Source: the human T2T-CHM13v2.0 reference genome, Homo sapiens. From it: a stretch of 64,000 nt of DNA. The stretch is from assembly GCF_009914755.1 (NCBI RefSeq), contig NC_060930.1, one strand, 5' to 3'. The position numbers and the translations under genes are program-made. Under the pieces are notes generated by a model, which saw only the letters and a program-made list of their open reading frames with translations, was not told the origin of the DNA and searched no databases. This document shows, piece after piece, positions 35,872 through 61,361 of this stretch (the stretch's first letter is position 1; every line of letters starts with the position of its first letter).

Positions 35872-37579
35872 GTAAGTTGGGGCTCCCAGGCTGTCCAGCA
35901 GGGGGCCCTGGCACCCAGCAACCTCTGCTTGGGAGGTGGCTACAGAGGGGTGTGGGTGTTGGCTAGGGGCCCAGCAGGATGGATGCCAGACGGACTTCTC
36001 TCCAACAATAACAGCCCTGGCTGTTGCCATCCACCGAGCTGGCAGGGCCCCAGTTTGGGTGGGGAGAGGAACCAGCCTTTCCCAGTCTGGCCTGAGACCC
36101 TCACCACTTCCCTCCAGTTTTCTTCCACCTCCAGCCCCCTCTGTACACAACTGCAGCCACTGGCCACCAGCCTTGCCATGCCTGGCAGATCTTCTGACCA
36201 CTAGCCCTGCCACCCCCACAGACCCAGAGACCAGGAAAGGAGGGTGGGGAGCGAGGAAGGGGGCCAAGGCAGAGGGCAGAGGAGGGCTAGGAGAGGAAGA
36301 GAGAGAGACTGGACAAACATGAGGGCAGGAATTAGGGGGTTGTGGACAGACATGAAGCCACTCTCAAGTCATGGGGCTGTGCCTGGAAAAATACCACCTA
36401 AACCCATCTTCCTGCCCTCTGGTTAGGGCTGGCGGGGATGTGGGGGATGGGGGTGGGGTGGGGGAGGGTTGGGAAGGAATATGTGTGTCATCTCTGTGGG
36501 GCATGGAAACAGAAGGCTGGGGACACCCATTCTGGAGTAGCTTGGGGAGAGCCACTGACCCTAATTAGAAAAGCCACCTCTCTCCTTAGGGCCCTGTCTG
36601 TTTCTCTGGGGACAGGGTAGGACTACCTTATCCCTATGATGTGAGGTACTGCCAGTTGTTAATCAGTGTCTGTGGCTTCTCTAGGGGACAAGCCCTTCGG
36701 GTCAGTGGGCATGGGGTGGGCAGCGTGGGTTGGATTTTCTCCTCAGGACCTTTCCAGCCTTAGGATCATCCTCTAGCACTGAGTACTGCTGGAAGGGCAG
36801 GGAGTGCCCCCCACCCCACCCCATTTATTGCCCGACCAAAGAGAGGGCCTCCCTCCCCCTCCCTTGGAGGGACTTGCTGGACCACCCCTCAGCACGCCCA
36901 CACCTTCCTCCTTAGCTAGTGAAAGACATACTCAGCAAGGCTTCCGCCTGTCAGGATGGCTGGGACAATAGGATTCACTGAGGATATAAGGCTGTTCCTA
37001 GCTTTTTCTCTTCCCATTCCCACCTGTGCCTCAGTTTTCCAAAGTGCTGGATTTAGAAAGGGTGAATTATGAGGGAGCTGGAGGGCTTTGCCCCACCCCC
37101 CTCCGCGCGCACACGCAAGCACAGGCAGAGGCACATACCCCCTCCAAGTCAAAGTTGTGAGTGGGGTGGTGTTTGCGCGTCTGTGGCTGGGACTGGATGT
37201 GTCAGGGATGGGAAAACCCATCATGCTGGTCACAGAAAATGCGCGGTGGGGACAGAAGCAGTTTTGAAGGAAAAGAAGAGGAGGGGGACTGAAAGAAAGA
37301 AGGGGGCGCTGAAAGGGAGGGCGCTGGGAGGAAAAAGGTGCAGTGTGGAGGAAGCGCGGCGTGGGCAGGGCTTGGGAAGGGATAACGGAATATCTGAGGT
37401 GGAGTGGGCCGTGGAGCGTCGGGGCCGGTCTGAGCAGCGGGTGTGTAAATGGAACAGTCCCGAGATGAATTTTATGGGAGTCTGCGCAGGTCCTTAATGT
37501 GTGGCTGTACCCTCCAGCCCCATGTACCCCACACGATGGACAGACAGCCTTGGTGTGGCAGGGCCCAAAGAGGTCCTAT

Positions 37580-38310
37580 CTACCGCAATAACACGACCAG
37601 GCGGCCCTGGGGGCGCAGGGGCTCGGGGTGGGAGCGGCGGAGCGCGCGGAGTCGCCGCGGGGTGGCAGGGGTGGGCCGGGGGCGGGGCCGCGGGCGTCGG
37701 GGAGGTGGCAGTGGGCGCAGGGCGGGGCGAGCTCAGCGGAGGGCGGGTTTGAATGTGCCCCGGCGGGAGAGGGAAGCTGCAGCGAGAGCGCGCGGATCTC
37801 AGCGCGGGAGCAGTGCTTCTGCGGCAGGTGCTGCCCGGGGCCGGGGACTGGGGACTGGGGACTGCCGGGGCGGAAGACGCCGCTGCCCGCCTGCCACGGA
37901 GGGCAGGGAGGGCGGGCCTGACGGCTCCGCAGCCCGGAGAAGGGACGCCGGGTGGGGCCCCAGTGCGGAGCGTGCGGAGCCGCGCAGCACGTGGCGCGCA
38001 CGGGCCAGGGAGCCTGAGGACCCTGCGGGGACCGGGACCCAAGCTGGGCGGGGCGGCCTGGCTCCCGGGCCTAAAACAGGCTGCGGTCACGTTGACCTCC
38101 GCAAGGGGCAGGCGAGTGGACGGGTGATCCCCATCGATCTGGTCGGTATCAGGGAGGGGCCGTGCCGCTGACTGCGCTGGCGGAGGGGTATGGGGATGGG
38201 GATGGGGATGGAGGCTCGCGAGCGGAGGTGCGGGGCTGTCTCTTTAACCCCGGTCTTTTACTGGCTAAACTCGTATCCCTGGCGTCTCCTTCCTGCGCAC
38301 GTCTTCATTT
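37580..38310 (+). promoter_or_regulatory. CpG island / second SLC29A1 promoter and alternative first exon (about 37740-37827)
   Basis: Very CpG-rich with many GGGGCGGGG boxes; donor CAG|GTGCTG at 37827/37828; ATG 37753 is in frame with the main ORF after splicing to 41428. Confidence 0.8.
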
Positions 38311-39388
38311 ACTGATTTACTGTGAGGGTATATGAGAGGGTGAAGACACACAGTCCTCGGCTTTGCTTACCAGGAGAGAGCAGTCGTAGGTCAAGGCTGG
38401 CTCCAACCCTGCCCTCACACCTCTAGGGGTCTCTCTGCAGCCCTGTGGTAGTCCCTTTGCCTACTCCTCTCGGTGGCCTCCAGACCCTCCAACTTTCCTC
38501 CTGCTTGTGTAAGCTCCCCATGCCAGGATGTGTGTGATGGGGCGGGGCTGAGCTGCCTGACACTCAAGTCAGGCTGGGAATGATCTTGGTCTCCACCTCA
38601 TTTTTCCCTTTAGTTGAATCAGAGTTCCCCCCACCTCCCAGTCTACAGGGCTAACTGAGAAGCAGCTTTTATACCTCTCTCCATTCCAAAAGGAGCTTGA
38701 ACATTTAATATGGATTCTAGCTCCTCCACTCACCAGCTCTGTGACTTCAGGCAAGTGACTCAACCCCTCTGAACCTCAGCTGGCCCCATCTATTCAGTGC
38801 TAGTACTAGCTTATGGGTGGTTGTGAAGAAAAGACAAGAGATCTGCAGGTAGTGGCTAGCCCCATATGAAATCCTGGGAGTGGAGAATTGCAGGAGAGGT
38901 GTTGGGAGTCTGGAGGCAGGGAGGTACTCAATTTGGTGGCTACTTTCAGGGGCCCACCTCAGCAGGCCAAGGCATAGTTGGAGGGACACCAGATGCTCTG
39001 AGCTGGTATCAGATCCCTGTTTGCCGCTGGGCAAAGGCAGACAAAAGCAAAACACGAAGGCTGGCCAGCTGAATGTTAGGATATGGGCAGGAGGAGAGGG
39101 CTGGAGTTGAATTGTGCCCAAGACTGGTATGGGAACTCCTGAGAACAGAGAGAGCAGGGGTGTAGCAGGGGGCCAGGGAAGAAATAAATACTTCTTCTCT
39201 AAGCCTAAGCCAGTTTTACCCAGGAGAACAGGAGCTATTCTCCCCACCCTAGGCCCCCATCTGCTTTGAAGCTACACCTGCTCTTAACTGCCAGGAATCT
39301 TGCCTGTGGGGTGGAGTACGGGGTATGCGGGTATGAAGTAAGAACCTAGAGGAAGAGTCCCTACTACCTAATAGAAAACCTGAGACCT

Positions 39389-39748
<360 letters not shown>

Positions 39749-41478
39749 TCATCTCTCTAGAAAATGTAAATATGATTATTCACCCCTCGTGCCTAGGACA
39801 GTGCCTGGCTAGCATGCACAGGTCCTCAGTAAATATTTGTCGAAGGCCTGAATGGAGGAATCCTTCTGCCTCTATCTGGAGGTGTGGGGCTGAGGGGCTG
39901 AGGAGGACCTCTGAGAGCTTGGAGTTTCCCTGGGGAGGGTTGAGAGGAACTACAGGGAGGTGGGAGAGCCCGTGGAAGGTCTCATGGTGCCCAGCTGCTT
40001 CTGTTTGTCTGAGTGGGGCCAGAAGCAATGCTGCACCTGCGAGAGCTCCCCTGCTGAGACTCCCTGTTCTCTTATCTCCCGAGCGACAGGGGTGGCTTTT
40101 TATCTCCTGGGTGTGCTTCTGCTTCTTTGCTTGCAAGGCTTCTCAGAATGGGGCCCCATGAAGCCTGAGGGACTCTCTCCTGATAACACCCTGTGCCACC
40201 TTTTTCATTCTGGATCCGCACCCAGGAGCCCGTGGACAAGGCCCACTGCCTGAGCCTGAACTAGGAGCACCTCCTAGGGACTGCCCAGGCTTGCTCTGCT
40301 CTGACCCTTCTGCTGGCCAGTCTGGGCACCTGGTGAGTGCCCAGAAAGGGAGGGAAGGGAAGCTGTCCTTTCACCCCAAACAGCAAGGCCTGGGCCCAGC
40401 TAGGCCTGAGTGTGGGGAATGTGTCAGTGCACATCTGCCTGGCTTCCCATGCCACCCAATGGGAAAGCTGTTTAATCTGCTGGTGCCAGGGGGTCTCCCC
40501 CTACACAAATGGGGAGCAGGAGAGGGACGCTGAGGCAGAAGGATAGGTGCTTTGGGATCCACCCCTCCAATCTTCTTTTCAAGGTCACTCTTAGAAAGGG
40601 GAAGCGGACAGGAGCCTGTGACAGAGAGGAACTAAGGGAGGACTAGGTGACCCTGGGGTCGGGAGGGGGGAGGGGGAAGGGCTGTGCCCCCACATCCATT
40701 ATGAAATATTTTCTTGGAAAACCGGCCAGCAACTAGGAAGCCCCTGGGCAGTGGCTGGAAAGAAAGGTTAAGGTGCCAACAGCAGAGAGACTGGAATCTG
40801 GGTTGCCTTCAGGAGAGGACAGCCCCACTCTAGCCATGAATCCAGGGGCTCCCCAGGGAGGGTGGAGAGACCAGACTTGCAGAGAGGGGCCTGGGGAGCC
40901 TCTGGTTTGACCTCAGTCATCATCGATGTTGTCGCAGCTGCTGCAGATCTGCCTGTTCCGTGTCCTTCCTCCTCCTCCCCCGACCTCTTTGCTGTGTCTC
41001 CTCCATTTGTCTCCCTCCTTCCCTTGTCATCACTGTCCCTGACCCCTCTCGTCCTCTTGCCTGCCTTCTTTGACTGTCTTTCCCTCCCTCCCATCATCTT
41101 TCCTCCTCCTTCCCTCCTGCTCTCCACCCTCCTGTTTCCCAGCTTATAAACTGCTTCGGCTGCTGGATAAAAATAGCGGTGGCAGCGGCCAGGCCGGGAG
41201 CCAGGTAGAGTCTGAGCAGGCAGGGGGGCCGCGCAGGACTGGCCTGCTGGGCCAGGGGGCTGGGTGGGGGTCAAGTTGAGTCGTCCTGAGGGGCAGGGTG
41301 CAGAGGGGGTCTTACTGGACTCCTCCACTGGCCTGTTCTGTCAGCCCTGCCCCCTCTCCCCCTAAGAGCCTGAGGAGGCCTATGGCAGGGCCAAGACAGG
41401 GCCTCACACTGTTCCTGCCCCCAGCAGGCCCCTGAGGGAGGGAGCTGTCAGCCAGGGAAAACCGAGAACACCATCACC

Positions 41479-47693
<6,215 letters not shown>

Positions 47694-48284
47694 CAAAGGA
47701 TGGACAGAAGGACTGCCTGCCTCCCTCCCTGTCTGCCTCCTGCCCCTTCCTTCTGCCAGGGGTGATCCTGAGTGGTCTGGCGGTTTTTTCTTCTAACTGA
47801 CTTCTGCTTTCCACGGCGTGTGCTGGGCCCGGATCTCCAGGCCCTGGGGAGGGAGCCTCTGGACGGACAGTGGGGACATTGTGGGTTTGGGGCTCAGAGT
47901 CGAGGGACGGGGTGTAGCCTCGGCATTTGCTTGAGTTTCTCCACTCTTGGCTCTGACTGATCCCTGCTTGTGCAGGCCAGTGGAGGCTCTTGGGCTTGGA
48001 GAACACGTGTGTCTCTGTGTATGTGTCTGTGTGTCTGCGTCCGTGTCTGTCAGACTGTCTGCCTGTCCTGGGGTGGCTAGGAGCTGGGTCTGACCGTTGT
48101 ATGGTTTGACCTGATATACTCCATTCTCCCCTGCGCCTCCTCCTCTGTGTTCTCTCCATGTCCCCCTCCCAACTCCCCATGCCCAGTTCTTACCCATCAT
48201 GCACCCTGTACAGTTGCCACGTTACTGCCTTTTTTAAAAATATATTTGACAGAAACCAGGTGCCTTCAGAGGCTCTCTGATTTA

Positions 48285-48290
48285 AATAAA
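48285..48290 (+). terminator. SLC29A1 poly(A) signal
   Basis: AATAAA about 590 nt after the stop, followed by a U-rich tract. Confidence 0.85.
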
Positions 48291-50667
48291 CCTTTCTTGT
48301 TTTTTTCTCCATGGCTCCCTGTGTCCTCCAGCCGTGGCTTCATGCCCTGGAGTGGGTAGAGGGCTGGCAGCCTGCGTCTGGGAGATGAGCATGACCCAGC
48401 TGGGCCCTGGCCAGGACTGGACCTGGGTCCAAGGGGGAGGAGGGGGGAGTAGTCCTCTTGGCCTCAGAGGGGCTGCAATGCCCCCTGCTGGGGCCACAGG
48501 GGAGGGACAGGCCTGGAACCAGAACACCAAGACTGTTAGCCAAGACTAAGAACGGGTTTTTCTTTGCTGCTTCATTCTTTCTTTCATAGGACAGAGGATG
48601 GAGATAGCTCCCCATCTTTCCTTTGTCTTCACTGCCAGCCCCTCCACTCTGTCCCCAGCCCCAGCAATGAACTCTGCAAAACTGGCCAGCTCCTGGCCAT
48701 ACTCCCATACCACCAGGCAGGAAGAGGCCGAGGCCTGAGGGTTCTCCCCTACCTGGCACCCAGCCTTAACACCAAAGCTCAGCCTGCCAGACTTCCTGGG
48801 GAACAAGGGCCCTGTGTGTCTGCACAGTGAAACCAACCCTTCCCTTCTCAACACAAACTCTGGCCTAGGGAGGGGTGGGTTGTTATGGAACTATGAGTGT
48901 CTCAGTGGAGAAGGCCCTACCACTGGGACCCCCATCTCAAGAATGACCTGACTGGAAGTGAGACCAGAGCTCTGGCCACAGTGCAGCACCCCTGCAATCT
49001 GCATTCCTTACCCTCCCACAAGTCTCAGACTCCTCCCAGAAAGCAGAAGACATTCCTGAATTCTGAGCGCAGGCTGCTCACTCAGCCCTGGCCAGCAGAT
49101 GGCTACAGAGTTGGCACCTTTGTCAGCGCTTCCTTTCTCACTGGAGTTTAATTTAATTGAGAACTTCAGGCCTCATTAAGGGCTGTTAGCGCATTTTTAA
49201 GGCTCTTTGATGAGCTCTGAAGCCCTAATGGGGTAGCTAAGTATACCAGGGCACTGGGAACTGAAGTTCATGTGCTATTAATCATTTGTCAGACCAGAGT
49301 ATTTATCTGCGGTGCTGGAAAACAAGGTATTCCTTTTGGATCAGGCTCAAAAGCTGAGGGGTTCCCTGAGTATCCTTCCCCCAGTCTGCAGTGCTGTTTG
49401 GCAGTGAGTCGAGCTGAACATACAAACCTGAGCTCTTTCTCGTCCTCAGTCCTCCGTTGTACCCAACCCCAAAGAACCCTATTGGTTTCCTTCCTCAGCA
49501 CCAGCAGTGCCTCAGGATTCTGTATTTCTTCCTGAGGTTGCTTTACCACCTCCTGCCTGGCCCACTGGGGCTTCCAGGTCTCTTCCAGTCCATCCCACAC
49601 ATGGCCACAAGAATAATCTGAAAGTGAATCTAGCAGGCGCTGCTTGTTCTCTGGAGCATGCGCCTGTGTCCTGAGCGTTTTCTGATCCTCCACCACCAAC
49701 AGCCAGTTTGTGCAATTTCTTTGCACCTCAGAGCTTTCATAATTTTGTGACTTTTCTATCATGTTCTTATCTTACTCCAGCTACCACGCTGTCATGTTTT
49801 TTAGGTTAAGGTGTACTTTTTACTCCTGTTTTGGCTTTTCAAGCTATGTCATACCTGCCTCCCAGAGGTACTTGGAAAATATTGGCTTGACAGCACATGC
49901 TTATCCCAAGGCGGAATTCATCTCTACAGTCTTCACATGCCCCACTCCAGCCGTGTGGTAGCACGCCTTGCTTGTGACCCTGGGATAGAGATGGGGATGT
50001 TAAGTAGGTTCCTCTCAACCCCAGCACTAATTTGAGAGGAAAAACTATTAAGGATACCGTTCCTTTCTCCCTTCCTGTACTTAAATTGATGTTGAAGGAA
50101 ATTACTAGAATATTTTCTCCCCAAAATTTTAAAACACAAATGCTAAAAAATGTCAGTCTCTTCATTCTCCTGACCTCAGTGTTTTCACAGGTAAACCTGG
50201 AAGGGGTGAGGAGGTTAGGAAAAGCAGCTCCTAAGGTCTCCTGCCCACCCAGCTGCAGGGAAGGCTCCCGACCCCAAGTGGGCGCTCGCAGGCCCCTGCC
50301 CTTTGGGGAGCAGGGGCCTCCTCTGGGTCCTCCACTTTCCTGCTAGCACCTTGCTGCCTGTAAGGTAGAGAGGTCTGAGCATGAAAATCCTCCAGGTATC
50401 CCTGGCTGCCCTCACTTGCTGCTGGTCATCACCTTCCGTGTCACATTTCTGCTCAAAACAGTCAATATTCAGCTGCTGTCCCTGGAGTGGCTGCCATTGC
50501 AACACAGGAATGTCCCTCTTGTTTAATGTTTTATGATGAAATGTTGGGGCTTTAAAGAGTTGAAAAGCTAAGAGCCGTAGTAAATTAGCCATCCTGGAAA
50601 ATAGAAATGAAGCCTCAGGTATAATCTTTGAGTCAGAATGTATCTGTATATCTATTCTTTGAGATGA

Positions 50668-51274
<607 letters not shown>

Positions 51275-52079
51275 GCCAATTAAAGTTTAACTAGAGTTAA
51301 ACTATGACAGTGATTCAAAATGGTTGTAAACAGAAAAATGCAGCCACCTTAAGGAAATAGGCCTGTTTGTCCAGCAAGCCCTGCCTGGAAGCCAAGTCTT
51401 CACACACAGGAAGAGTGGCAGTCCCCAGGTCAGCCAGCAGATCTGACTCAGAGGCCAGGTTGGCAGTGTCCCCCCAAACCCTTGGGGACCAACTGTTTCC
51501 TGGGGCAGGTTGGCACTGAGGGTGGAAATGGGCAGCGCCCAACTCCCTCTGGCCCCAACCTCATCAATGGCCTTATGTCCGGGCTGGACCCCTCCAGCCC
51601 ATCTCGGTATGACCTGGCTTCCTGTGTAGATGCTCTCGGGGAGAGGACGTGCCCACTCGGAGCCCTCTGCAGCCTTGGCAGTCCTGGTGCTCGCTGGAAG
51701 TGAGCAAGTTGGCATTCTGGCAACAGACTGCAGGGTGACCGCTAAATGTGAGTCAGCAGGGCCCCACGAAGGCCTCCGTCCTCTCTCCTGGGCTTGCCCT
51801 GTACCAGCTGTGATCCCGGATTAGTCACTCCTCCCCTAGGCCCGCCTCCTCGTCCTTACCAGGGGATGACATATGTGTTGACTTAAGGAAATTAAGTGCG
51901 GGAGAGCATGGATGCAGGAGGTGAGGTCCCCAGAGCTACGTGGCGCTATCAGTTACCAGGATGAGCCTCAGGATGGCCCTCCCCGCACCCCACGTTCCCC
52001 CACCTAGCCTATTCCAGGCTCCTTCCCACCTGCGTTCATTCCCCTCCCCCGCCTCTCCAGTCCCCGGAAGCTTCGAGAC

Positions 52080-52450
52080 CAAAGCCTCACTTCCCCTACT
52101 CCAGATATTTCCAGCGTGAACCACCACGCGGGTCCCTAAGCCTCGCGGACAGCCGAGAACCGTGGGGCTGGGGGCGGCGAGAGGTGCGACGGGGACCAGG
52201 CCCCTGCCCCATCCCGCCGCGAGGAGCGGAGGGGGTGATGTCACCCGGCCCGCGCGCCCCCTGGCGGGCGTCCGGCCCCACTGCTCTGCGCTTCTGCGTC
52301 CTGGCGGGTGGGTGACCAGACTGCGTGTCAGACAGACCCACGCCACTGCCCCGTGTCCGGGTGACCTTGAGCCAGGCTTGTTCCGTCGCGGCGCCACTCA
52401 TCTGTAAGGCAGGGATAGTCACACTTGCCCTGACAACCGCGTGGGTCGTG
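52080..52450. promoter_or_regulatory. Small intergenic CpG island (candidate enhancer or promoter)
   Basis: Local CpG enrichment (ccgcgcgccc, gtcgcggcg) between SLC29A1 and HSP90AB1, with no adjacent coding exon. Confidence 0.6.
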
Positions 52451-53869
52451 AAACTTGTTATTCACTGAGATAGTGAATAACAACGCTACTTGGTCCAGCC
52501 ACCCCTGTACTCAGTGTCTTACATGGCCTTATCTGATTTCCCAATAACCCTGTAAAGTGATGACTATTGCTATGCTCATTTTACTCCACAAAATTGAATC
52601 TGAAAGGTTAAAGGATGGAAAAACATTCTGTAAGCTGCAAAGCACTAGGTAAATATAATTATATTTCTCTCTCTTCTCTCTCTCCCTCCGCTCCCTATGA
52701 GAGTTCCCAGTCAGTGAAGGGAACGGAAAAATACAAGGCATCATGTGGTGTGGCACCATAATGCAAATGTGGTCCACCTTCCTCCCCTATTTTGGACACA
52801 ACTCTTGTCTTCTCTTTTCACTTCCTCAGGGATCCCAAGCCTCCTGGGACATTGACCTCTCATATAATCTTGCCCAGGTGAAACCAGCAAAGTCCTTCCT
52901 GATGTCTAACCTCGGCCCCTCCTGGGTGTGATCTCCTCTCCACCCAGCAGCACTATCACAGTCCTACCGTTCCATCATCTGCGTGGGGTGGAAGTGAGGC
53001 CAGTGAATGGCCCAGAAATCCAGCCCATTGAAACCTGCATGCTGAAAAGGAATGACTTCATCCTGGGACAGGCCAGGTGGCAGGCAAAACAGTCAAGTAG
53101 ATCAGGGTTGTTTGTAGTGCCACCTGCCCCCTGCACTTTCCACTGGCTATAATCTGCTCTGGGATGAACTGAGTTGGGGTTAAGTTTTACCTTCTTAGTC
53201 AAAAGGGGCCTGGAACACTGAACAATGCCCAAGAGAAAAAGGGATGCCTGGTGGGCATGATGACAGAAGGAGGATAGACGTTTTGGACTAGGCTGACAAT
53301 GGTCGCGAGGTAGAACTTAGTCATACCCCTTAGGCCACTGATAAATCCTTAAAAAGGTGAGACATAGTCATATGTGTATTAATAGAGCAGGTTACTGAAT
53401 GTCTGATTTACAATTCAGGAGTGTCTCAGACCACAATTTCTGGCCCTTTTCTCACTGCACTCTAGTGATTTTTGTCCTTGCACATGACTTCAGCCATCAG
53501 CATCATGCGTAGATCTAAGACTGCAACCCAGGCCTCTCCTACATACCCCTCTGCCTACTAGATATCTTTCCTTGGTGCCCTACAACATGCTTAAAGCTGA
53601 CCTCCAACCTAGAGTGGTCCTCCATCCCTGCTTTCCCCTTAAGCCCCTACGTTCTAGCATTCTTCCTCAGATAAGGCTTATACTCCTCTTCCCCACCCCT
53701 GACTGGTCTCTCTGCCTTCAGCCTCTCTCTTCTCCAAGCTATGTCCTGTGCAGCCTTCAAGTAGGTTATATTTTTCTTGAAAAAAGGGCTGCACTCCAGC
53801 CTGGGCGACAGAGTGAGACACTGTCTCAAAAAAAGAGAGAAAAAAGTCTCAAATACAAAAGCATGCAAG

Positions 53870-56640
<2,771 letters not shown>

Positions 56641-57064
56641 AGAGACTTCCCTTGTGTTCTAGTGGAATGTGAAAATGGAGGCAAAGAGATGGAGTCCATG
56701 CTGGCTGTGCAGACCTGCCCAATTGTCCAATGCATCTGAATGTCAGGCTCACTAGTATTGGAGGGTGTCAGTTCAGGGTATTCCCTCAGGAATTCAGAGA
56801 GCTAAGGCTCGTGGAACTGGGAAGGCCCAGAAAGTAACGGGACACACCTGGCAGGCACTGAGCTTAAGAGGCTGCTTGTTCTAGGGGTTCAGGGTCCACA
56901 GCTACTCTCCATGCTCATATCTCTGATGTCCTGTTACCCTCAGTTGTTTTATTCGTTCACTGAGCTTTATTTAACTCCCCTCCGTGGCCTCTGTGAACCC
57001 TAGAGACTCTGTCCAGGCTGAGTCTCTGTGCTCCCTGCAAGACTTTGCTGAGCTTTATGTAGCT

Positions 57065-57689
<625 letters not shown>

Positions 57690-57814
57690 CTTTAGCTGGC
57701 CACCCTCCGACAGCAGAAGGTTGGGCTGGGCCTAGGAGGTTTCATGGAGGAATAAAAGGGATCTGGGGAACATCAGTGGTTCCAAGGCTGGGAATAAGGC
57801 TTCGGACGGTGTAG

Positions 57815-59194
<1,380 letters not shown>

Positions 59195-61264
59195 GCAGAG
59201 AAAGTGGAATTTCTATGCTGGTGTAACATTTGAGATTTTCCCATTTAGAAAGTCTTCAGGAAGCCGTCGAGTCTTGACACAGAAAGGATCCAGCTCAGGG
59301 GAAGCCCATCCACAGGAGTGATTCCTGCTTTGGATTTAGGTCCTAGGGGTGAGATCACATCCCTGCTCCATTTCTGGAGCAGAAAGGGAGCTAGTGCAGC
59401 AAGGACTCTGAGTAGACGGGCCTTGGGAGTCACTGAAGCCACTTCCCTGTTGACAGAATGTGCACACTGACTTTCATCCGCTCACAGGAGAGTGAGAGTT
59501 TGTGAATGCTCTCTGTGAACTGGGGAGCAGATTTTTAATGAGCTCTGCTTAGAAGGAGAGGACACGTTAAGGGATCACGCTCCCACTGGTTTGCGGTTTT
59601 GGTCAGGAATAGAGCACCCAACGCCCCTTCTTATAGACTTCTCCCAGCCATAGGCTTTTTGCAGACCATAATGAAAGGGAGAAAGGATATCCAATCGGGA
59701 TGGTGATGGCAGGCATGGCGAAGTGGACAGGGACAAAGAAGAGGAAAGCAAGGGACACCCTTTGTTCTTTGGTATTCAACACATGAACAAAACTTGTTAA
59801 CGAATCGTAGACTGGGTAACAACAGGGCTGGTGAGGGAGGACGATGTGGGTGGCTGTGGGGAAACTCTTCCCAAGCATCCCAGGGGTGGGCCAGGAAGGG
59901 GAGCAGATGGACATCTACAGGGCACAGAGCAGGGAGTGGCTATTCTCTCCTGGAGGGGTTGTGGGTCCAGCAGGCTTTCGGATGAGGCCTTGGAAAGGCA
60001 AGGACAGCTTGCCAACTGGAGGGCAGGCAAAACGGCTGAGCCAGGCCAGACACGGCAGCTCACTGGCCAGGGGCATGGCCTAGGGGCTCTGGTGCCAAGG
60101 CTGAAGGGGAACAACTTGGCCAGCCGCTCTGTGGCCGGCATCGTCACGCGGCCTCCAAGAGCTCCGGCTGCCCTGCACTGGTTCCCAGAGACTCCCTCCT
60201 TCCCAGGTCCAAATGGCTGCAGGAGCGAAGTGGGCGGAAAAAAAGCGAACCAGCTTGAGAAAGGGCTTGACGTGCCTGCGTAGGGAGGGCGCATGTCCCC
60301 GTGCTCCGTGTACGTGGCGGCCGCAGGGGCTAGAGGGGGGTCCCCCCCGCAGGTACTCCACTCTCAGTCTGCAAAAGTGTACGCCCGCAGAGCCGCCCCA
60401 GGTGCCTGGGTGTTGTGTGATTGACGCGGGGAAGGAGGGGTCAGCCGATCCCTCCCCAACCCTCCATCCCATCCCTGAGGATTGGGCTGGTACCCGCGTC
60501 TCTCGGACAGGTCAGAGCGGGTCGCCGGGTGGGGTCGCTGCAAAAACCCTGCCCCGGCCGCAGCCGGAGAGGCGGAGCCTCGCGGGGAGGGGGCGGGACC
60601 GCCGAGACAGGCCTGGAAACTGCTGGAAATGCCGCAGTGCCGCCGCCGCGCCTTCCGCCGCATGTCGGCAAAGAGTCCCCGCCAGCCCCGGCCGGCGCCC
60701 TCCCCCTACGCTGAGCTGCCCCTCAGCGCGAACCCTCCGCCCTTCCTCTACTCCTGCGAGAGTCGGGATCTGGGGCTACCCAAGGTTGGGTCCCGAATGC
60801 CAGTCCCTCTGTCGGGACGCGAGATGTGTAGGGCAGATGCTAGGAAGAAGATTGGGTCTGGGAGCGGTGGTCCGCGTGGTTAGCTGCCTCCGCTCTTTTT
60901 CGGTGTCCCCCCCAGTCCCGCCCTTGGGTGTGGGGACGCCTGCCCCACAAGTGTTTAGGGAGGTCAGTGGGTTCCTCGCCCGTAGAGACACCGTTTATGC
61001 CAAATGAGCACTCCTCATCCCCGCTCTTGATGGAGTCATGTCCTAGACGTGAAACTATGGGGCTGTGATCACAAGCAAATGTGTGGGCGGATCCGTTGCT
61101 TGGGTTCTTCCCCGCCCCCTCCTTTTTTCGGACCATGACGTCAAGGTGGGCTGGTGGCGGCAGGTGCGGGGTTGACAATCATACTCCTTTAAGGCGGAGG
61201 GATCTACAGGAGGGCGGCTGTACTGTGCTTCGCCTTATATAGGGCGACTTGGGGCACGCAGTAG

Positions 61265-61361
61265 CTCTCTCGAGTCACTCCGGCGCAGTGTTGGGACAGT
61301 CTGGGTATCGGAAAGCAAGCCTACGTTGCTCACTATTACGTATAATCCTTTTCTTTTCAAG
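61265..61361 (+). other. HSP90AB1: HSP90AB1 non-coding exon 1 (TSS approximate)
   Basis: Pyrimidine-rich start CTCTCTC about 29 nt after the TATA box; donor AAG|GTAAGG at 61361/61362. Confidence 0.85.

Noticed and set aside
35464-36267. 267-aa minus-strand ORF
   Set aside because: No recognisable domain; GC-rich antisense frame inside a SLC29A1 intron.
37449-38171. 240-aa + and 198-aa - ORFs
   Set aside because: Arg/Gly/Pro/Ala-rich stop-poor frames expected in a CpG island.
61233-61243. CArG (SRF) box at the HSP90AB1 TATA
   Set aside because: CCTTATATAGG has seven A/T bases, not six; better explained as the TATA box.
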